From Candidatus Poriferisocius sp. (GTDB taxonomy: Bacteria; Actinomycetota; Acidimicrobiia; Acidimicrobiales; Bin134): a stretch of DNA of 64,000 nt. The translations under genes were made by a program, and so were the position numbers. Within the stretch, counting starts at the first letter, position 1; every line of letters begins with the position of its first letter. Below the pieces are notes generated by a model that saw nothing but the letters and a program-made list of their open reading frames with translations, did not search any database and was not told where the DNA came from. The DNA lies in contig NZ_OZ241965.1 in NCBI RefSeq assembly GCF_965204015.1, positions 2,423,991 through 2,487,990 on the forward strand, in the 5' to 3' direction. Shown one piece after another: positions 10,158 to 29,428 of the stretch.

Positions 10158-10994
10158 CTAGCGACGCCCGCCGCGGGTGCGGCGCCGTCGGATGATCATC
10201 TGTTGCGACTTCTTCTTCTTGTTGCGGGTGCGGCCTTCGGGCTGGCCCCACGGAGACACGGGATGGCGTCCGCCCGAAGACTTGCCCTCGCCGCCGCCCA
10301 ATGGGTGGTCAACCGGGTTCATGGCCACGCCCCGGGTCTGCGGTCGCACTCCCTTCCAGCGGGCGCGGCCAGCTTTGCCCAGCTTGACCAGCTCAGCCTC
10401 GGCGTTGCCCACCGATCCCACGGTGGCCCGGCAGTCGATAGGCACTCGGCGCATTTCAGTGCTGGGTAACCGGATGGTGGCGAAACTGCCCTCTTTGGCC
10501 ACGAGCTGGGCGCTGGCGCCGGCGGAGCGAGCCATGCGAGCACCCCCGCCGGGTTTCAATTCCACTGCATGCACGGTGGTGCCCACCGGGATGTAGCGCA
10601 GCGGTAGGGCGTTGCCTGGCCTGATCTCAGAACCGGGGCCATTTTGCAGAACATCGCCCACGCCGACGCCTTCCGGGGCCAACACGTAGCGCTTTTCTCC
10701 GTCGTGGAAGTGGAGCAACAGGATCCGGCAGTTGCGGTTGGGGTCGTACTCCACCGAGGCGACCGTGGCCGGGACGCCGTCTTTCGTCCGCTTGAAATCA
10801 ACGATCCGGTAGCGCTGCTTATGGCCTCCGCCCCGATGGCGGGCGGTCTTGCGACCATGGTTGTTGCGACCGCCGGTGCTGGACTTCTTGGCCACCAACG
10901 ACTTCTCGGGCTTCGAGGCGGTGATGCTGGAGAAGTCCGACACCGTCTGAAAGCGGCGTCCGGGGCTGGTGGGATTGCGTCTACGTACTGCCAT
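10158..10994 (-). CDS. rplB: 50S ribosomal protein L2
   Basis: 278 aa, ...[25 protein letters not shown]...[28 protein letters not shown]. Confidence 0.97.
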   Translation of the reverse strand: MAVRRRNPTSPGRRFQTVSDFSSITASKPEKSLVAKKSSTGGRNNHGRKTARHRGGGHKQRYRIVDFKRTKDGVPATVASVEYDPNRNCRILLLHFHDGEKRYVLAPEGVGVGDVLQNGPGSEIRPGNALPLRYIPVGTTVHAVELKPGGGARMARSAGASAQLVAKEGSFATIRLPSTEMRRVPIDCRATVGSVGNAEAELVKLGKAGRARWKGVRPQTRGVAMNPVDHPLGGGEGKSSGGRHPVSPWGQPEGRTRNKKKKSQQMIIRRRRTRGGRR

Positions 10995-11002
10995 GGCGTT
11001 CC

Positions 11003-11293
11003 CTAGAGGTCGAACAACTCGATTTGGTCGCCTTCAGCGAGGGTGACCAATGCCCGCTTGGTGTCGGGCTTGCGGCCGAAGGTGGGACTGCGCCGATTGC
11101 GGCGGCGCTTACCCTTGCGATTCATGGTGTTGACCTTGACGACGGTGACATCGAACAAGTTCTCAATGGCGTCTTTGATCTCAGGCTTGGAGGAGTCGGG
11201 GTGAACCCGGAAGGTGTAGACGTTGGACTCCAGCAGCTCGTAAGACTTCTCGGAGACCACCGGGGCCAACACGACGTCGCGGGGATCCTTCAT
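11003..11293 (-). CDS. rplW: 50S ribosomal protein L23
   Basis: 96 aa, [58 protein letters not shown]. Confidence 0.95.
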   Translation of the reverse strand: MKDPRDVVLAPVVSEKSYELLESNVYTFRVHPDSSKPEIKDAIENLFDVTVVKVNTMNRKGKRRRNRRSPTFGRKPDTKRALVTLAEGDQIELFDL

Positions 11294-11955
11294 GATTCAT
11301 CCCCCTCGTCGGCGACGGGTTCGCCAGCCTCGACCTCGGCTGGCGCAGTGGAGGGCAGGGTGTCGAGGGTGAACACGACCACATCGGACACCAACACGTC
11401 GTAGGCGTTCAGCTCTTCGGGGCTGATGAGGTGGACTTGGGGCAGATTGGCGAAGCTCTTCCACACTTCCCGCTCATCGCGTTGGGCCACCAAAAGAACC
11501 CGTCCTTCGGCCTTCAACGCCGCGAGCGCAGCGACTGCGTCCTTGGTGCGTGGGGATTCGAACCGCCAGCGGTCCACCACCACCACCTTCTCGTCGCGGG
11601 CCCGATCAGACAGTGCCGATCGAAGAGCTAGGCGGACCATCTTCTTAGGCGTGCGCTGGCGGTAGCTCCGCGGCTTGGGTCCGAGGGCAACGCCCCCTCC
11701 CCGCCATTGGGGATTGCGAGTCGAGCCGTGACGGGCCCGGCCAGTGCCCTTTTGACGCCACGGCTTGCTGCCACCGCCCCTGACCTCAGATCTGGTCTTG
11801 GTGCTCTGGGTGCCCCGGCGCCGGGCCGCCAACTGGGCGGTGACCACCTGGTGCATCACGTATACGTTGGGCTCGATCCCAAATACCTCGGGGTCCAAGT
11901 CCACCGACCCGGTTTTCCGCCCAGAAGAGGGGTTGCGAACGGTGACGGTGGTCAT
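11290..11955 (-). CDS. rplD: 50S ribosomal protein L4
   Basis: [26 protein letters not shown]...[32 protein letters not shown] 11955 overlaps the rplC stop (ATGA). The track ORF start at 12147 is a shadow extension. Confidence 0.93.
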   Translation of the reverse strand: MTTVTVRNPSSGRKTGSVDLDPEVFGIEPNVYVMHQVVTAQLAARRRGTQSTKTRSEVRGGGSKPWRQKGTGRARHGSTRNPQWRGGGVALGPKPRSYRQRTPKKMVRLALRSALSDRARDEKVVVVDRWRFESPRTKDAVAALAALKAEGRVLLVAQRDEREVWKSFANLPQVHLISPEELNAYDVLVSDVVVFTLDTLPSTAPAEVEAGEPVADEGDES

Positions 11956-12596
11956 TTCGCTCCGTTCTTGATTGCGCTGCGGATCAACACGGTGGATCCT
12001 CTTCGCCCCGGAACCGACCCCTTCACCAGGATCAAATCGTTCTCGCTGTCTACCCTCACCACCTGGAGGTTGAGCGTGGTGACCTTCTCGGCGCCCGCCC
12101 GCCCGGGCATCTTCTTGCCTCGGAAAATCCTGGACGGCGTGGCGCACTGGCCCACGGCGCCGGGCTTGCGGTGAACTTTGTGGGCACCGTGGCTAGCCTT
12201 TTGACCGCTGAAGTTGTGCCGCTTCATCACGCCGGAGAAGCCCTTGCCCTTGCTGACGCCGGTGACATCCACCAGCTCGCCCCCGTCGAACACGTCGACC
12301 CCGATCTCCTGGCCGGCTTCGTAGGTGCCCACGTCGTCGAGTCGCAGCTCAACAAGCGTGCGGCCCGGGGCAACCCCGGCCTTGGCCAAGTGGCCTCGCT
12401 CCGGTTGGGTCAGCCGATCGGGACTCTGGGTTCCAAAGGTCACCTGAAGGGCGGAGTAGCCATCGGTCTCCGGCCGTTTGACCTGCACGATGCGGCAGGG
12501 CTCCACCCGCAGCACGGTGACGGGAACGACGCGGTCGTCCTCGTCCCATACCTGGGTCATTCCTAGTTTTTCGCCGACAATCGCCTTGGCAACCAT
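11952..12596 (-). CDS. rplC: 50S ribosomal protein L3
   Basis: 214 aa, MVAKAIVGEKLGMTQVWDEDDRVVPVTVL...FKGRGFSGVMKRHNFSG. Confidence 0.96.
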   Translation of the reverse strand: MVAKAIVGEKLGMTQVWDEDDRVVPVTVLRVEPCRIVQVKRPETDGYSALQVTFGTQSPDRLTQPERGHLAKAGVAPGRTLVELRLDDVGTYEAGQEIGVDVFDGGELVDVTGVSKGKGFSGVMKRHNFSGQKASHGAHKVHRKPGAVGQCATPSRIFRGKKMPGRAGAEKVTTLNLQVVRVDSENDLILVKGSVPGRRGSTVLIRSAIKNGAK

Positions 12597-12774
12597 CGCG
12601 ACCCTGCCTTCACGCGAACGCTCCGCACGGGTGCAGACCCATCATGTGGGACTTTCCGGCGGAGCGGGCTTCGGTTGTGCCGTCCGGTTCCCCGAGCAGG
12701 GTGATTGTCCCTGCAGGCCTAGACGGACGTCGTTTGACACGAACAGTGCCGACCGAAGCCGGCACGAAATAGAA

Positions 12775-12803
12775 ATGATAGCGGTCGCTGGTGGAATGGC
12801 CAA
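12775..12803 (-). promoter_or_regulatory. Putative sigma-70-type promoter for the rplC-led operon
   Basis: The minus strand reads TTGGCC (12803-12798), a 17-nt spacer, then TATCAT (12780-12775), about 175 nt upstream of the rplC ATG. Hexamer match only. Confidence 0.3.
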
Positions 12804-12842
12804 ATCCCCGATTGGGCAAAAGGCGACGATTAGCGTGAAAAC

Positions 12843-14006
12843 GTGGACGAAGTTTCGTCCGAGGAGACACCGTCCCAGAAAGTCCCGCCGTGGCTGTTTC
12901 GGGCGATCCTGACTGGTGCGGCAGCTCTCGGTGGGCTGTACGTGCTCGCGTGGCTCGTCGAGCAGTTGAGGACGCTCATCGTGATCGTGCTGGTGTCGTT
13001 CTTCTTGTCGTTCGCCCTAGAGCCTGCGGTGAACCGGATGGAGAGAACGGGCCTTCGCCGGGGGGTGGGCACCGGCGTCATGTTCGTGGCATTGCTGGCC
13101 GCGGTGGGGTTGTTTCTGTGGGCCATTGGCACAGTTCTGGCCGACCAAATCGGTGAGTTTGCCGACGACGCCCCCGGCTACATCAACGACATCGAAGACT
13201 GGGTGGAGGACGCCTTCGATATCGAGATTGACGCCCAGGGGCTGCTTGATGAGTTTCAGGAGGGTGGAGCGGTCGCCAATCTGGCCACCCGGTTAGCCGA
13301 CAATCTGATCAACCTTGGCGCCACGGTGCTTCAAGTGCTGTTCCAGATCCTGACCATCGTGCTGTTCACGTTCTATCTGGTTGCTGAAGGACCGAAGCTG
13401 CGGCGCAACATCTGCTCCCTGCTGTCGCCCGAGCATCAGCGTCAAGTCCTGAGCATCTGGGATCTGGCCATTGACAAGACCGGGGGGTACATCTACAGCC
13501 GACTCATCTTGGCGGTGATCTCGTTCTTGGTCCACTGGCTGGTGTTCTGGCTGGTGGGGGCGCCCTTCCCTGTTCCCATGGCTATGTGGGTGGGGCTGGT
13601 TTCGCAGTTCGTCCCCGTCATCGGCACCTATATCGCCGGAGCGCTGCCGGTGCTGATCGGGCTGTTGGACAAGCCGTCGATCGGTTTGGCCATCCTGATT
13701 GCCATCGTGGTCTACCAACAGGTGGAGAACTACCTGCTCCAGCCCAAGGTGACCGCCCACACCATGGAGATCCACGTCACCGTGGCCTTCGGCGCGGTGA
13801 TCGCCGGCAGCCTGCTCTTGGGAGCGGTGGGGGCGCTACTGGCCCTTCCGGCCGCCGCCACCATCCAGGCCTTCTTGTCCAGCTACGTCGAACGCCATGA
13901 TGTGGTGCAAGAACTCGAAGACGCCGAGGCAGCCCAGCATCCTGAGCGCGATCCCATGAGTCAGCGCATCCGTCAAGTGGTGCGCCGGGTGTTCACTCCC
14001 AAGTAG
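12843..14006 (+). CDS. AI-2E family transporter (PerM/UPF0118-type permease)
   Basis: 387-aa polytopic protein. The layout ...VSFFLSFALEPAVNRMERTGLRRGVG... and ...LLQPKVTAHTMEIHVTVAFGAVIAGSLLLGAVGALLALPAAA... is typical of this family. GTG start at 12843. Confidence 0.8.
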   Translation: MDEVSSEETPSQKVPPWLFRAILTGAAALGGLYVLAWLVEQLRTLIVIVLVSFFLSFALEPAVNRMERTGLRRGVGTGVMFVALLAAVGLFLWAIGTVLADQIGEFADDAPGYINDIEDWVEDAFDIEIDAQGLLDEFQEGGAVANLATRLADNLINLGATVLQVLFQILTIVLFTFYLVAEGPKLRRNICSLLSPEHQRQVLSIWDLAIDKTGGYIYSRLILAVISFLVHWLVFWLVGAPFPVPMAMWVGLVSQFVPVIGTYIAGALPVLIGLLDKPSIGLAILIAIVVYQQVENYLLQPKVTAHTMEIHVTVAFGAVIAGSLLLGAVGALLALPAAATIQAFLSSYVERHDVVQELEDAEAAQHPERDPMSQRIRQVVRRVFTPK

Positions 14007-14020
14007 CGAGTTGACTCCGC

Positions 14021-14521
14021 TCAGGAGCAGGCGGTGAGAGCGGCGTCGTAGTCGGGTTCGGTGGCGATGGCGCCCACCAGCTCGGTGTGGGCCACGGTGC
14101 CGTCGGGGGCAATGACCACCACGGCCCGGGCGGTGAGCCCGGACAGGGGGCCGTCGACCATTTCCACCCCGTAGTCGTCCAAGAACTCCCGGTTGCGGAA
14201 GATAGACCCGATGGTCACGTTCTCGATGCCCTCGGCACCGCAGAAGCGGGAACCGGCAAACGGCAGGTCCATCGAAGCGCAGACCACGGTGGTGTTATCG
14301 AGACCGGCGGCCCGCTCGTTGAAGGCCCGCACGCTGGCCTGGCACACCCCCGTGTCGATGCTGGGGAAGATGTTGAGCACCACGTTGCGGCCCGCCAAAC
14401 CTTCCAGCGTGACGTCTGAGAGGTCGCCGCCGGTCAGCGTGAATGCCGGTGCCGCCGACCCCACCGCCGGGAGGTCGCCGCCGGTGTTGATTGTCGTGTC
14501 TCCGAATGTGGTCTGTCCCAT
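14021..14521 (-). CDS. tpx: Thiol peroxidase (atypical 2-Cys peroxiredoxin Tpx)
   Basis: 166 aa, with peroxidatic Cys in FPSIDTGVCQ and resolving Cys in GSRFCGAEG. Confidence 0.9.
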   Translation of the reverse strand: MGQTTFGDTTINTGGDLPAVGSAAPAFTLTGGDLSDVTLEGLAGRNVVLNIFPSIDTGVCQASVRAFNERAAGLDNTTVVCASMDLPFAGSRFCGAEGIENVTIGSIFRNREFLDDYGVEMVDGPLSGLTARAVVVIAPDGTVAHTELVGAIATEPDYDAALTACS

Positions 14522-14596
14522 AGCCGTTTTGTACCACTTCGGTGGCTTGTTTCTGCTGCCGAGGAGCGAATCCCCTTCGTTAGATGAGATTGAGCG

Positions 14597-15466
14597 TTAG
14601 ATGAGATTGAGTCGCTCAGCGCGGGTGAGGTTTTGTTGGGCGGTTAGGAGGTGGGCGTGGTCGATGAGGCGGCCTTGGTGGCGGAAAGCGCCGATGCCTT
14701 GGGCCTCGTGCTCCTCCACGGTTGCGATGAGTTGGCGCCAGGCGGCGATCTCTTCGGGGGTGGGGGAGAAGATCTGGTTGATTATGGGAAGGTGGCTGGG
14801 GTGGATCGCCATCATCCCCTCATAGCCGAGCTGGCGGGTTTGGGCGGCGAACGTGGCGAGGCCGTCGAGGTTGTTCACGGAGCCCCACAGCCCGGACAGT
14901 GGGTTGGGCACCCCGGCGGACCGTACGTCGATCAGCACCTTTTGGCGCAGGTACAGAGTCTCGATGCCTTCGGGAGACCACTGGAAGCCAACGGAGCGGC
15001 CCAGGTCGCCCTGTTGGGACGTGGCGCCGCCCATGTAGGCCACTCGGTCGGAGGCAGTGGCCAGCTCGTAGGCCATGCGAACGGCAGATGCGGTCTCCAC
15101 CAGCGGCATGATCCGGGCTTCAGTGCCCGCTAAGGCGGCATCGGCAGCAGCCACTTCTTCGGGTCCGGTGACCTGGGGCAGCATCAGCGTGGTCAGCGAT
15201 GGGTGTCGGCAGGCGTCGGTGTCGAGGGCGAAGTCGGCCGTTCCCACGGCGGAAACCCGCACGAACACCGCCGGTTGATCCGGAGTGTGGGATTCCAGGG
15301 CGTGGCGGACGTAGGCTCGGGCCTCTTCAGCCGCTCCCCGGGGGATGGCGCTCTCCAGGTCGAACACCACCCCGTCGGCCTCGGTGGCCAGTGCCTTTTG
15401 CATTCGGTCGGCCCGATTGGCGGGGACGAACAACAAGCTGCGGATCGGGGGCGGGTCGGTGTTCAT
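14597..15466 (-). CDS. HpcH/HpaI aldolase / citrate lyase beta (CitE)-like protein
   Basis: The real product starts MNTDPPPIRSLLFVPANRADRMQKAL...DLESAIP... at ATG 15466. Track ORF 14597..16057 is extended out of frame over serB. Confidence 0.8.
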   Translation of the reverse strand: MNTDPPPIRSLLFVPANRADRMQKALATEADGVVFDLESAIPRGAAEEARAYVRHALESHTPDQPAVFVRVSAVGTADFALDTDACRHPSLTTLMLPQVTGPEEVAAADAALAGTEARIMPLVETASAVRMAYELATASDRVAYMGGATSQQGDLGRSVGFQWSPEGIETLYLRQKVLIDVRSAGVPNPLSGLWGSVNNLDGLATFAAQTRQLGYEGMMAIHPSHLPIINQIFSPTPEEIAAWRQLIATVEEHEAQGIGAFRHQGRLIDHAHLLTAQQNLTRAERLNLI

Positions 15467-15477
15467 CGCAGCCGCAG

Positions 15478-16650
15478 TCAGATTCCCTCGGCTTCGACTT
15501 CCTCGCGGCTCACGCCCAGAAGGAACAGGACCGCGTCCAAGTAGGGGACGCTTACCGCGGTCTCGACTTCTTGGCGCACCTTGGGCTTGGCGTTGAAGGC
15601 GATGCCCAGCCCGGCGGCGGTGAGCATGTCGATGTCGTTGGCGCCGTCGCCCACCGCCACTACCTGCTCGGAAGACACGCCCTCGGCGGCCGCCACTTCG
15701 TGAAGGATTTCGGCCTTGCGGCTGCGATCCACGATTGGGCCCTCCAGGTTGCCGGTGAGCTTTCCGTCGACCATCTCCAGGGTGTTGGCGAAGGCATAGT
15801 CGAGGTCGAAGTTCTGCTTGAGTCGGTTGCAGAATCGGGTGAAGCCGCCGCTCACGATGGCGATGGCAAAGCCGAGCCGCTGGAGGGTGGTAAGAAATGT
15901 CCGAGCTCCGGGGGTGAGGGTTACCTGGTCCCATACCCGTTCCAACGCCGCCTCGTCTAAACCGGCCAAGAGGCGGACGCGGTCCCGCAGGGCGGTCTCG
16001 AAGTCGATCTCGCCGCGCATGGCCTGATCGGTGAGCTTCTGGCACACCTCGCGGCATCCCGCCTCGGCAGCCAACAGGTCGATCATCTCGTCTTGGATGA
16101 GGGTGGAGTCCACATCGAGCATGGCCACCCGCTTGGCTCGCCGAGCCAGACCTTCACGCTGGATGGCCACATCGAACTCGGGGTTGGCTCCGGCCACCGA
16201 CAGCAGATTGCGCCGGATGGCGTCGGCGTCGCCGCCCTCCACCAGCAGCTCATAGCTGTAGATGGGATAGCGGGACAGGCGCACGATGCGGTTGATGTTG
16301 CCCCCGCCTTCGGCGATGGCGGTGGCGGTGGTGGCCAGCATCGCCGGGGTCAGCTCTTGGCCCAGCACGGTGACGGCATAGGCGCCCATGTGGGCAGAAG
16401 GGGTGGGGTCGACCACGTCGAACTCCACAGTGACCCGTTGCTCCCAGCCGAACAGCAACAGGTCTTTGAGGAGATCCTGGCCGGGGGGAACCTCCATCAC
16501 AATGCCCAAAGTGAGTTGGCGGCGGATGACCACCTGCTCCACGTCCTGGATGTGGGCGCCGCCCGTGGTCAGCACGCCGAGCAGGGCGGCGAACAGCCCG
16601 GGTCGGTCGGGCCCGGAGACCCGGAGCAGGATTACTTGGGAGGAGGCCAT
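15478..16650 (-). CDS. serB: Phosphoserine phosphatase SerB with N-terminal ACT domains
   Basis: MASSQVILLRVSGPDRPGLFAALLGVL (ACT), then a HAD core with MLDVDSTLIQDE (DxDST) and ...VAVGDGANDIDML. ATG at 16650, 25 nt after the rpsJ stop. Confidence 0.85.
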   Translation of the reverse strand: MASSQVILLRVSGPDRPGLFAALLGVLTTGGAHIQDVEQVVIRRQLTLGIVMEVPPGQDLLKDLLLFGWEQRVTVEFDVVDPTPSAHMGAYAVTVLGQELTPAMLATTATAIAEGGGNINRIVRLSRYPIYSYELLVEGGDADAIRRNLLSVAGANPEFDVAIQREGLARRAKRVAMLDVDSTLIQDEMIDLLAAEAGCREVCQKLTDQAMRGEIDFETALRDRVRLLAGLDEAALERVWDQVTLTPGARTFLTTLQRLGFAIAIVSGGFTRFCNRLKQNFDLDYAFANTLEMVDGKLTGNLEGPIVDRSRKAEILHEVAAAEGVSSEQVVAVGDGANDIDMLTAAGLGIAFNAKPKVRQEVETAVSVPYLDAVLFLLGVSREEVEAEGI

Positions 16651-16675
16651 GGCTCGCTCCCGCTCCGGTTGGGCC

Positions 16676-16996
16676 TCAGCCGTGCTGGAGCTTGATCTCG
16701 ATGTCCACGCCGGCGGGCAAGTCCAACCGCTGGAGGGAATCCACGGTTTTGGGGCCGGGGTCCACAATGTCGAGCAGGCGCTTGTGGATGCGGATCTCGA
16801 AGTGCTCGCGGCTGTCCTTGTCCTTGTGGGGCGACCGGATCACCGTGAAGCGGTGCTTCTCGGTGGGCAGCGGGACAGGTCCCCGCAGGTCGGCCTGGGT
16901 GCGCTTGACCGTCTCCACGATCTTCTTCGTGGATTGGTCGATGATCTCGTGATCGTAGGCCTTCAGCCGAATGCGGATTTTCTGTCCTGCGGCCAT
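16676..16996 (-). CDS. rpsJ: 30S ribosomal protein S10
   Basis: [77 protein letters not shown].... ATG 16996 lies only 5 nt after the tuf stop. Confidence 0.96.
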   Translation of the reverse strand: MAAGQKIRIRLKAYDHEIIDQSTKKIVETVKRTQADLRGPVPLPTEKHRFTVIRSPHKDKDSREHFEIRIHKRLLDIVDPGPKTVDSLQRLDLPAGVDIEIKLQHG

Positions 16997-17001
16997 GGGA
17001 G

Positions 17002-18192
<1,191 letters not shown>

Positions 18193-18230
18193 TTTCTTTC
18201 AACCTCCGAGGGTGGGTTGGTTGCCCATGA

Positions 18231-20309
18231 TTATTCGCCCCGTATGCGGGCGACGATTTCCTCCTGCACCTTGGCCGGCGCCTGCCGATAGGTGTCGAAC
18301 TGCATGGTGTGCGTTGCGCGGCCCTGTGTCCGCGAACGGAGTTCGGTAGCGTATCCGAACATTTCCGAGAGTGGCACATGGGCCTTGACAATTTGTTCGC
18401 GGCCCCGCTGCTCCATGCTGTCGATCTTGCCCCGCCGACCGTTCAAATCGCCAATAACATCGCCCATGTACTCCTCGGGAGTCACGACATCAACAGCCAT
18501 GATCGGCTCCAAAAGAACGGGCTTGGCCCGGCGAGCGGCGTCTCGGAAGGCGGCGGTGGCCGCGATCTTGAAAGCCATGTCCGACGAGTCCACCTCGTGG
18601 TGCTTGCCGTCGGTGAGGGTCACTTTGAGGTCCACGACCGGGAAGCCGGCCAGAGGTCCGGTGGTCATGGCGTCTTGCATGCCGCTATCCACCGCGGGGA
18701 TGTACTCCCGGGGAATGCGCCCGCCGGTGACCTCGCTGGCGAACTCGTAGCCCTTGCCCGGGTCGTTGGGCTCCAGGTTGAAGGTGATCTCCGCATACTG
18801 ACCGGAGCCGCCGGTCTGCTTTTTGTGAGTGTGGGTGAACTTGACCACCGGGGCAGAGATGGTTTCCCGGTAGGCCACCTGGGGCTTGCCCACCGAGGCG
18901 TCCACGTTGAACTCGCGCAGCATGCGCTCTACCAGGACTTCCAGGTGCAGTTCGCCCATGCCGGCGATAAGGGTCTGCGCGGTCTCCTCGTCGGTGCGGA
19001 CCTGGAACGTCGGATCCTCCTCGGCCAATGCGGACATGGCCTTGCCCAGCTTGTCTTGGTCAGCCTTGGTGCGGGGCTCCACCGCTACCTGGATAACCGG
19101 GTCGGGGAAGTCCATCTGCTCCAATTCGAGAGGATGGTTGGGATGGGCCAGGGTGTCGCCGGTGCGGACGTCTTTGAGCCCGATGCCGGCCACGATGTCG
19201 CCCGCCCGGACGACGTCGAGGTCTTCCCGGTCGTTGGCGTGCATCTCCAAGATGCGCCCGACCCGCTCCTTGCGGCCGGTGCGGGGATTGACCACCTGGC
19301 TGCCCTTGTCCAACTGGCCGCTGTAAACCCGGAAGTACGTGAGTTTGCCGACGTGGGGATCGCTCATGATCTTGAACGCCAGCGCGCTGAAGGGAGTCTC
19401 GTCGGAGGTGGTTCGCTCGCAGACCTCTCCCTTGTGAGTGCCCCTCACCGCGGGGACGTCCAGCGGAGAGGGCAGGTACTCGATGACCGCGTCCAGCAAG
19501 GGCTGTATGCCCTTGTTCTTGAAGGCCGATCCGCACAGCACCGGCACAATTTCCAGCGACAGGGTGCCGGCCCGCAGCGCGGCCCGCAGGTCGGCCGGGG
19601 TGATCGAATCCTCGTCTTCGACGTATTTCTCAAGCAGGTTCTCGTCGAATTGGGTGAGCTGGTCGATGAGCTCGAGGCGGGCTTCCTCCGCCTTGTCTTT
19701 GAGGTCGTCGGGAATCTCGGTGACATCCCAGGTTGCCCCCAAGTCGTCGCCCCGCCACACCAGGCCCCGCATCTCTACCAGGTCGACGACGCCGAGAAGG
19801 TCGGCTTCGAGCCCGATGGGCAGCTGCACGACCGCGGTGTTGGCCCGCAACCGCTCTTGAATGGTGAGCACCGCTTGTTCGAAGTTGGCGCCGGTGCGGT
19901 CGAGCTTGTTGATGAAGCAGATCCGGGGGACGCCGTACTTGTTGGCCTGACGCCAAACCGTCTCCGATTGAGGCTCAACCCCGGCGACGCCATCGAACAG
20001 GGCCACTGCGCCGTCAAGCACCCGCAGGGAACGCTCCACCTCCATGGTGAAGTCCACGTGGCCGGGAGTGTCGATGATGTTGATGCGGTGTCCGGCCCAC
20101 TCCGCGGTGGTAGCGGCCGAGGTGATGGTGATGCCCCGCTCCTGCTCTTGCTCCATCCAGTCCATGGTGGCGGCGCCGTCGTGGACTTCTCCGAGCTTGT
20201 ATGCCTTGCCGGTGTAGTAGAGGATTCGCTCGGTGCAGGTGGTTTTTCCCGCGTCGATGTGGGCCATGATGCCAATGTTGCGGGTCTTTTCCAACGGGTG
20301 ACGAGACAT
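18231..20309 (-). CDS. fusA: Elongation factor G
   Basis: 692 aa, ...[25 protein letters not shown]... Confidence 0.98.
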   Translation of the reverse strand: MSRHPLEKTRNIGIMAHIDAGKTTCTERILYYTGKAYKLGEVHDGAATMDWMEQEQERGITITSAATTAEWAGHRINIIDTPGHVDFTMEVERSLRVLDGAVALFDGVAGVEPQSETVWRQANKYGVPRICFINKLDRTGANFEQAVLTIQERLRANTAVVQLPIGLEADLLGVVDLVEMRGLVWRGDDLGATWDVTEIPDDLKDKAEEARLELIDQLTQFDENLLEKYVEDEDSITPADLRAALRAGTLSLEIVPVLCGSAFKNKGIQPLLDAVIEYLPSPLDVPAVRGTHKGEVCERTTSDETPFSALAFKIMSDPHVGKLTYFRVYSGQLDKGSQVVNPRTGRKERVGRILEMHANDREDLDVVRAGDIVAGIGLKDVRTGDTLAHPNHPLELEQMDFPDPVIQVAVEPRTKADQDKLGKAMSALAEEDPTFQVRTDEETAQTLIAGMGELHLEVLVERMLREFNVDASVGKPQVAYRETISAPVVKFTHTHKKQTGGSGQYAEITFNLEPNDPGKGYEFASEVTGGRIPREYIPAVDSGMQDAMTTGPLAGFPVVDLKVTLTDGKHHEVDSSDMAFKIAATAAFRDAARRAKPVLLEPIMAVDVVTPEEYMGDVIGDLNGRRGKIDSMEQRGREQIVKAHVPLSEMFGYATELRSRTQGRATHTMQFDTYRQAPAKVQEEIVARIRGE

Positions 20310-20330
20310 GGTCTTTAGGGATGGGACCGC

Positions 20331-20801
20331 TTACCAGCGGTAATGAGCAAAGGCCCGGTTCGACTCAGCCATCTTGTGCAGGTCGTCGCGCCGTTTCACC
20401 GACGCGCCCAGACCATTGGAGGCGTCCAGGATTTCGTTGGCCAGACGATCGATCATGGTGCGCTCGCGCCGCTCTCGGGCGTGATTGACAATCCAGCGGA
20501 TGGCCAGCGTGTTCGCCCGTCGGGGGCGCACGTCTACCGGAACCTGGTAGGTGGCTCCGCCGACGCGTCGGCTGCGGACCTCGAGTTGGGGACGTACGTT
20601 GTCCACTGCCCGCTTGAGAGTGCCGATCGGCTCGGCGCTGGTCTTCTGTTCCACAATGCCGAGGGCGCCGTAGACGATGTGCTCTGCGGTGGAGCGCTTG
20701 CCCCGTTGCAGCACCTTGTTCACGAACTGTGTGACCAGCAGTTCGCCATAGACCGGATCCTTGGGAAGGTCGCGTCGCCCTGCGGGGCCCTTGCGAGGCA
20801 T
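20331..20801 (-). CDS. rpsG: 30S ribosomal protein S7
   Basis: [40 protein letters not shown]...AFAHYRW. ATG at 20801. Confidence 0.96.
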   Translation of the reverse strand: MPRKGPAGRRDLPKDPVYGELLVTQFVNKVLQRGKRSTAEHIVYGALGIVEQKTSAEPIGTLKRAVDNVRPQLEVRSRRVGGATYQVPVDVRPRRANTLAIRWIVNHARERRERTMIDRLANEILDASNGLGASVKRRDDLHKMAESNRAFAHYRW

Positions 20802-20803
20802 CG

Positions 20804-21175
20804 CTAGCCTTCCTTCTTGGCGCCGTAGCGGCTGCGAGCTTGGCGACGCTCGGTCACGCCTGATGTGTCGAGCGTGCCGCGGATGATCTTGTAGCGCACC
20901 CCCGGCAGATCCCGAACACGACCGCCGCGCACCAAGACGATGGAGTGCTCTTGGAGGTTGTGCCCTTCTCCGGGTATGTAGGCGGTGACCTCCATGCCGC
21001 TGGTCAAGCGGACGCGGGCCACCCTTCGCAGTGCCGAGTTCGGCTTCTTCGGAGTGGTGGTGTAAACCCGAGTGCACACTCCCCGCCGCTGGGGCGCGCC
21101 CTTCAGAGCCGGCGTCTTCTCCTTGCGGAATTTGGACTGGCGACCCTTGCGCACCAGCTGCTGAATCGTGGGCAC
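20804..21175 (-). CDS. rpsL: 30S ribosomal protein S12
   Basis: The GTG at 21175 gives [57 protein letters not shown].... Confidence 0.96.
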   Translation of the reverse strand: MPTIQQLVRKGRQSKFRKEKTPALKGAPQRRGVCTRVYTTTPKKPNSALRRVARVRLTSGMEVTAYIPGEGHNLQEHSIVLVRGGRVRDLPGVRYKIIRGTLDTSGVTERRQARSRYGAKKEG

Positions 21176-21241
21176 AGCACTTCCTAGGGCTGATTGAAAC
21201 AAGATTGAGAGCGCAGCAAATCCCACGCTCCGGTGATCAGT

Positions 21242-28759
<7,518 letters not shown>

Positions 28760-28919
28760 GGTGAGCTCCTGAGGTGGTGTGGTGGACGGGCAACGCCGGT
28801 AGGCTGCACGGACCCCTAAACGTCAACGGGAGGGCGGAATCCCGAATACGCGGCCGCGACAAAAGAGAATGCGTGGCCAGGGGGACGAGCGAGCACGTAT
28901 CTAGGAATGATACGCGGCG

Positions 28920-28945
28920 CGGGCATGGTTTACAAACCATGCCCG
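28920..28945 (-). promoter_or_regulatory. Perfect hairpin in the rplL-rpoB spacer (attenuator/processing-site candidate)
   Basis: CGGGCATGGTTT-AC-AAACCATGCCCG is a 12-nt perfect inverted repeat, 22 nt downstream of the rplL stop. No U-tract follows on the transcribed strand, so it is not a canonical intrinsic terminator. Confidence 0.4.
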
Positions 28946-28967
28946 GTTGGATTGTGCCAGCAGAGCG

Positions 28968-29360
28968 CTACTTGAGCTCGACAGCCCCGCCAGCCGCCTC
29001 GATGAGCTCCTTGGCCTTGTCGGCGTCTTCTTTCGAGACCTTCTCCAAGACCGGATTGGGAGCGTTGTCCACCAACTCTTTGGCGTCTTTGAGGCCCAGG
29101 TTGGTGAGGGTGCGCACCTCTTTGATCACCTGGATCTTCTTCTCGCCCGCGCTGGTCAAGACCACGTCGAACTCGCTCTGCTCCTCAGCGGCGGCCTCTC
29201 CGCCACCGTCGGCGCCGGGGGCAGCCATCATCATGGGCATGGCCGCGGCAGGGGCCGCTGCCTCCACGTTGAAGCGCTCTTTGAACGCCTCTTTGAGCTC
29301 GGACAATTCGAGCACGGTCATGGACCCGATGGAGTCCAGAATCTCGTCAACCTTGGACAT
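28968..29360 (-). CDS. rplL: 50S ribosomal protein L7/L12
   Basis: 130 aa, [40 protein letters not shown]...[40 protein letters not shown]. Confidence 0.96.
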   Translation of the reverse strand: MSKVDEILDSIGSMTVLELSELKEAFKERFNVEAAAPAAAMPMMMAAPGADGGGEAAAEEQSEFDVVLTSAGEKKIQVIKEVRTLTNLGLKDAKELVDNAPNPVLEKVSKEDADKAKELIEAAGGAVELK

Positions 29361-29428
29361 GGCAGTACCTCATTCCTTTGTCTGTGGTTCGTGGTTATCG
29401 ATCGTTTGCGCTGATGCCGATGAGCGGG

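Noticed and set aside
12610-12870. 86-aa minus-strand ORF upstream of rplC
   Set aside because: It lies in the rplC leader/promoter region, has no recognisable similarity, and overlaps the divergent permease start. It is more likely untranslated leader RNA.
15467-16057. N-terminal 197 codons of ORF 14597..16057
   Set aside because: It overlaps serB out of frame and is R/G/P-rich. The aldolase/CitE-like similarity begins at MNTDPPPIRSLLFVPAN (ATG 15466), 11 nt after the serB stop.
18309-20318. 669-aa plus-strand ORF
   Set aside because: It is an antisense shadow of fusA with the same compositional signature and no recognisable motifs.
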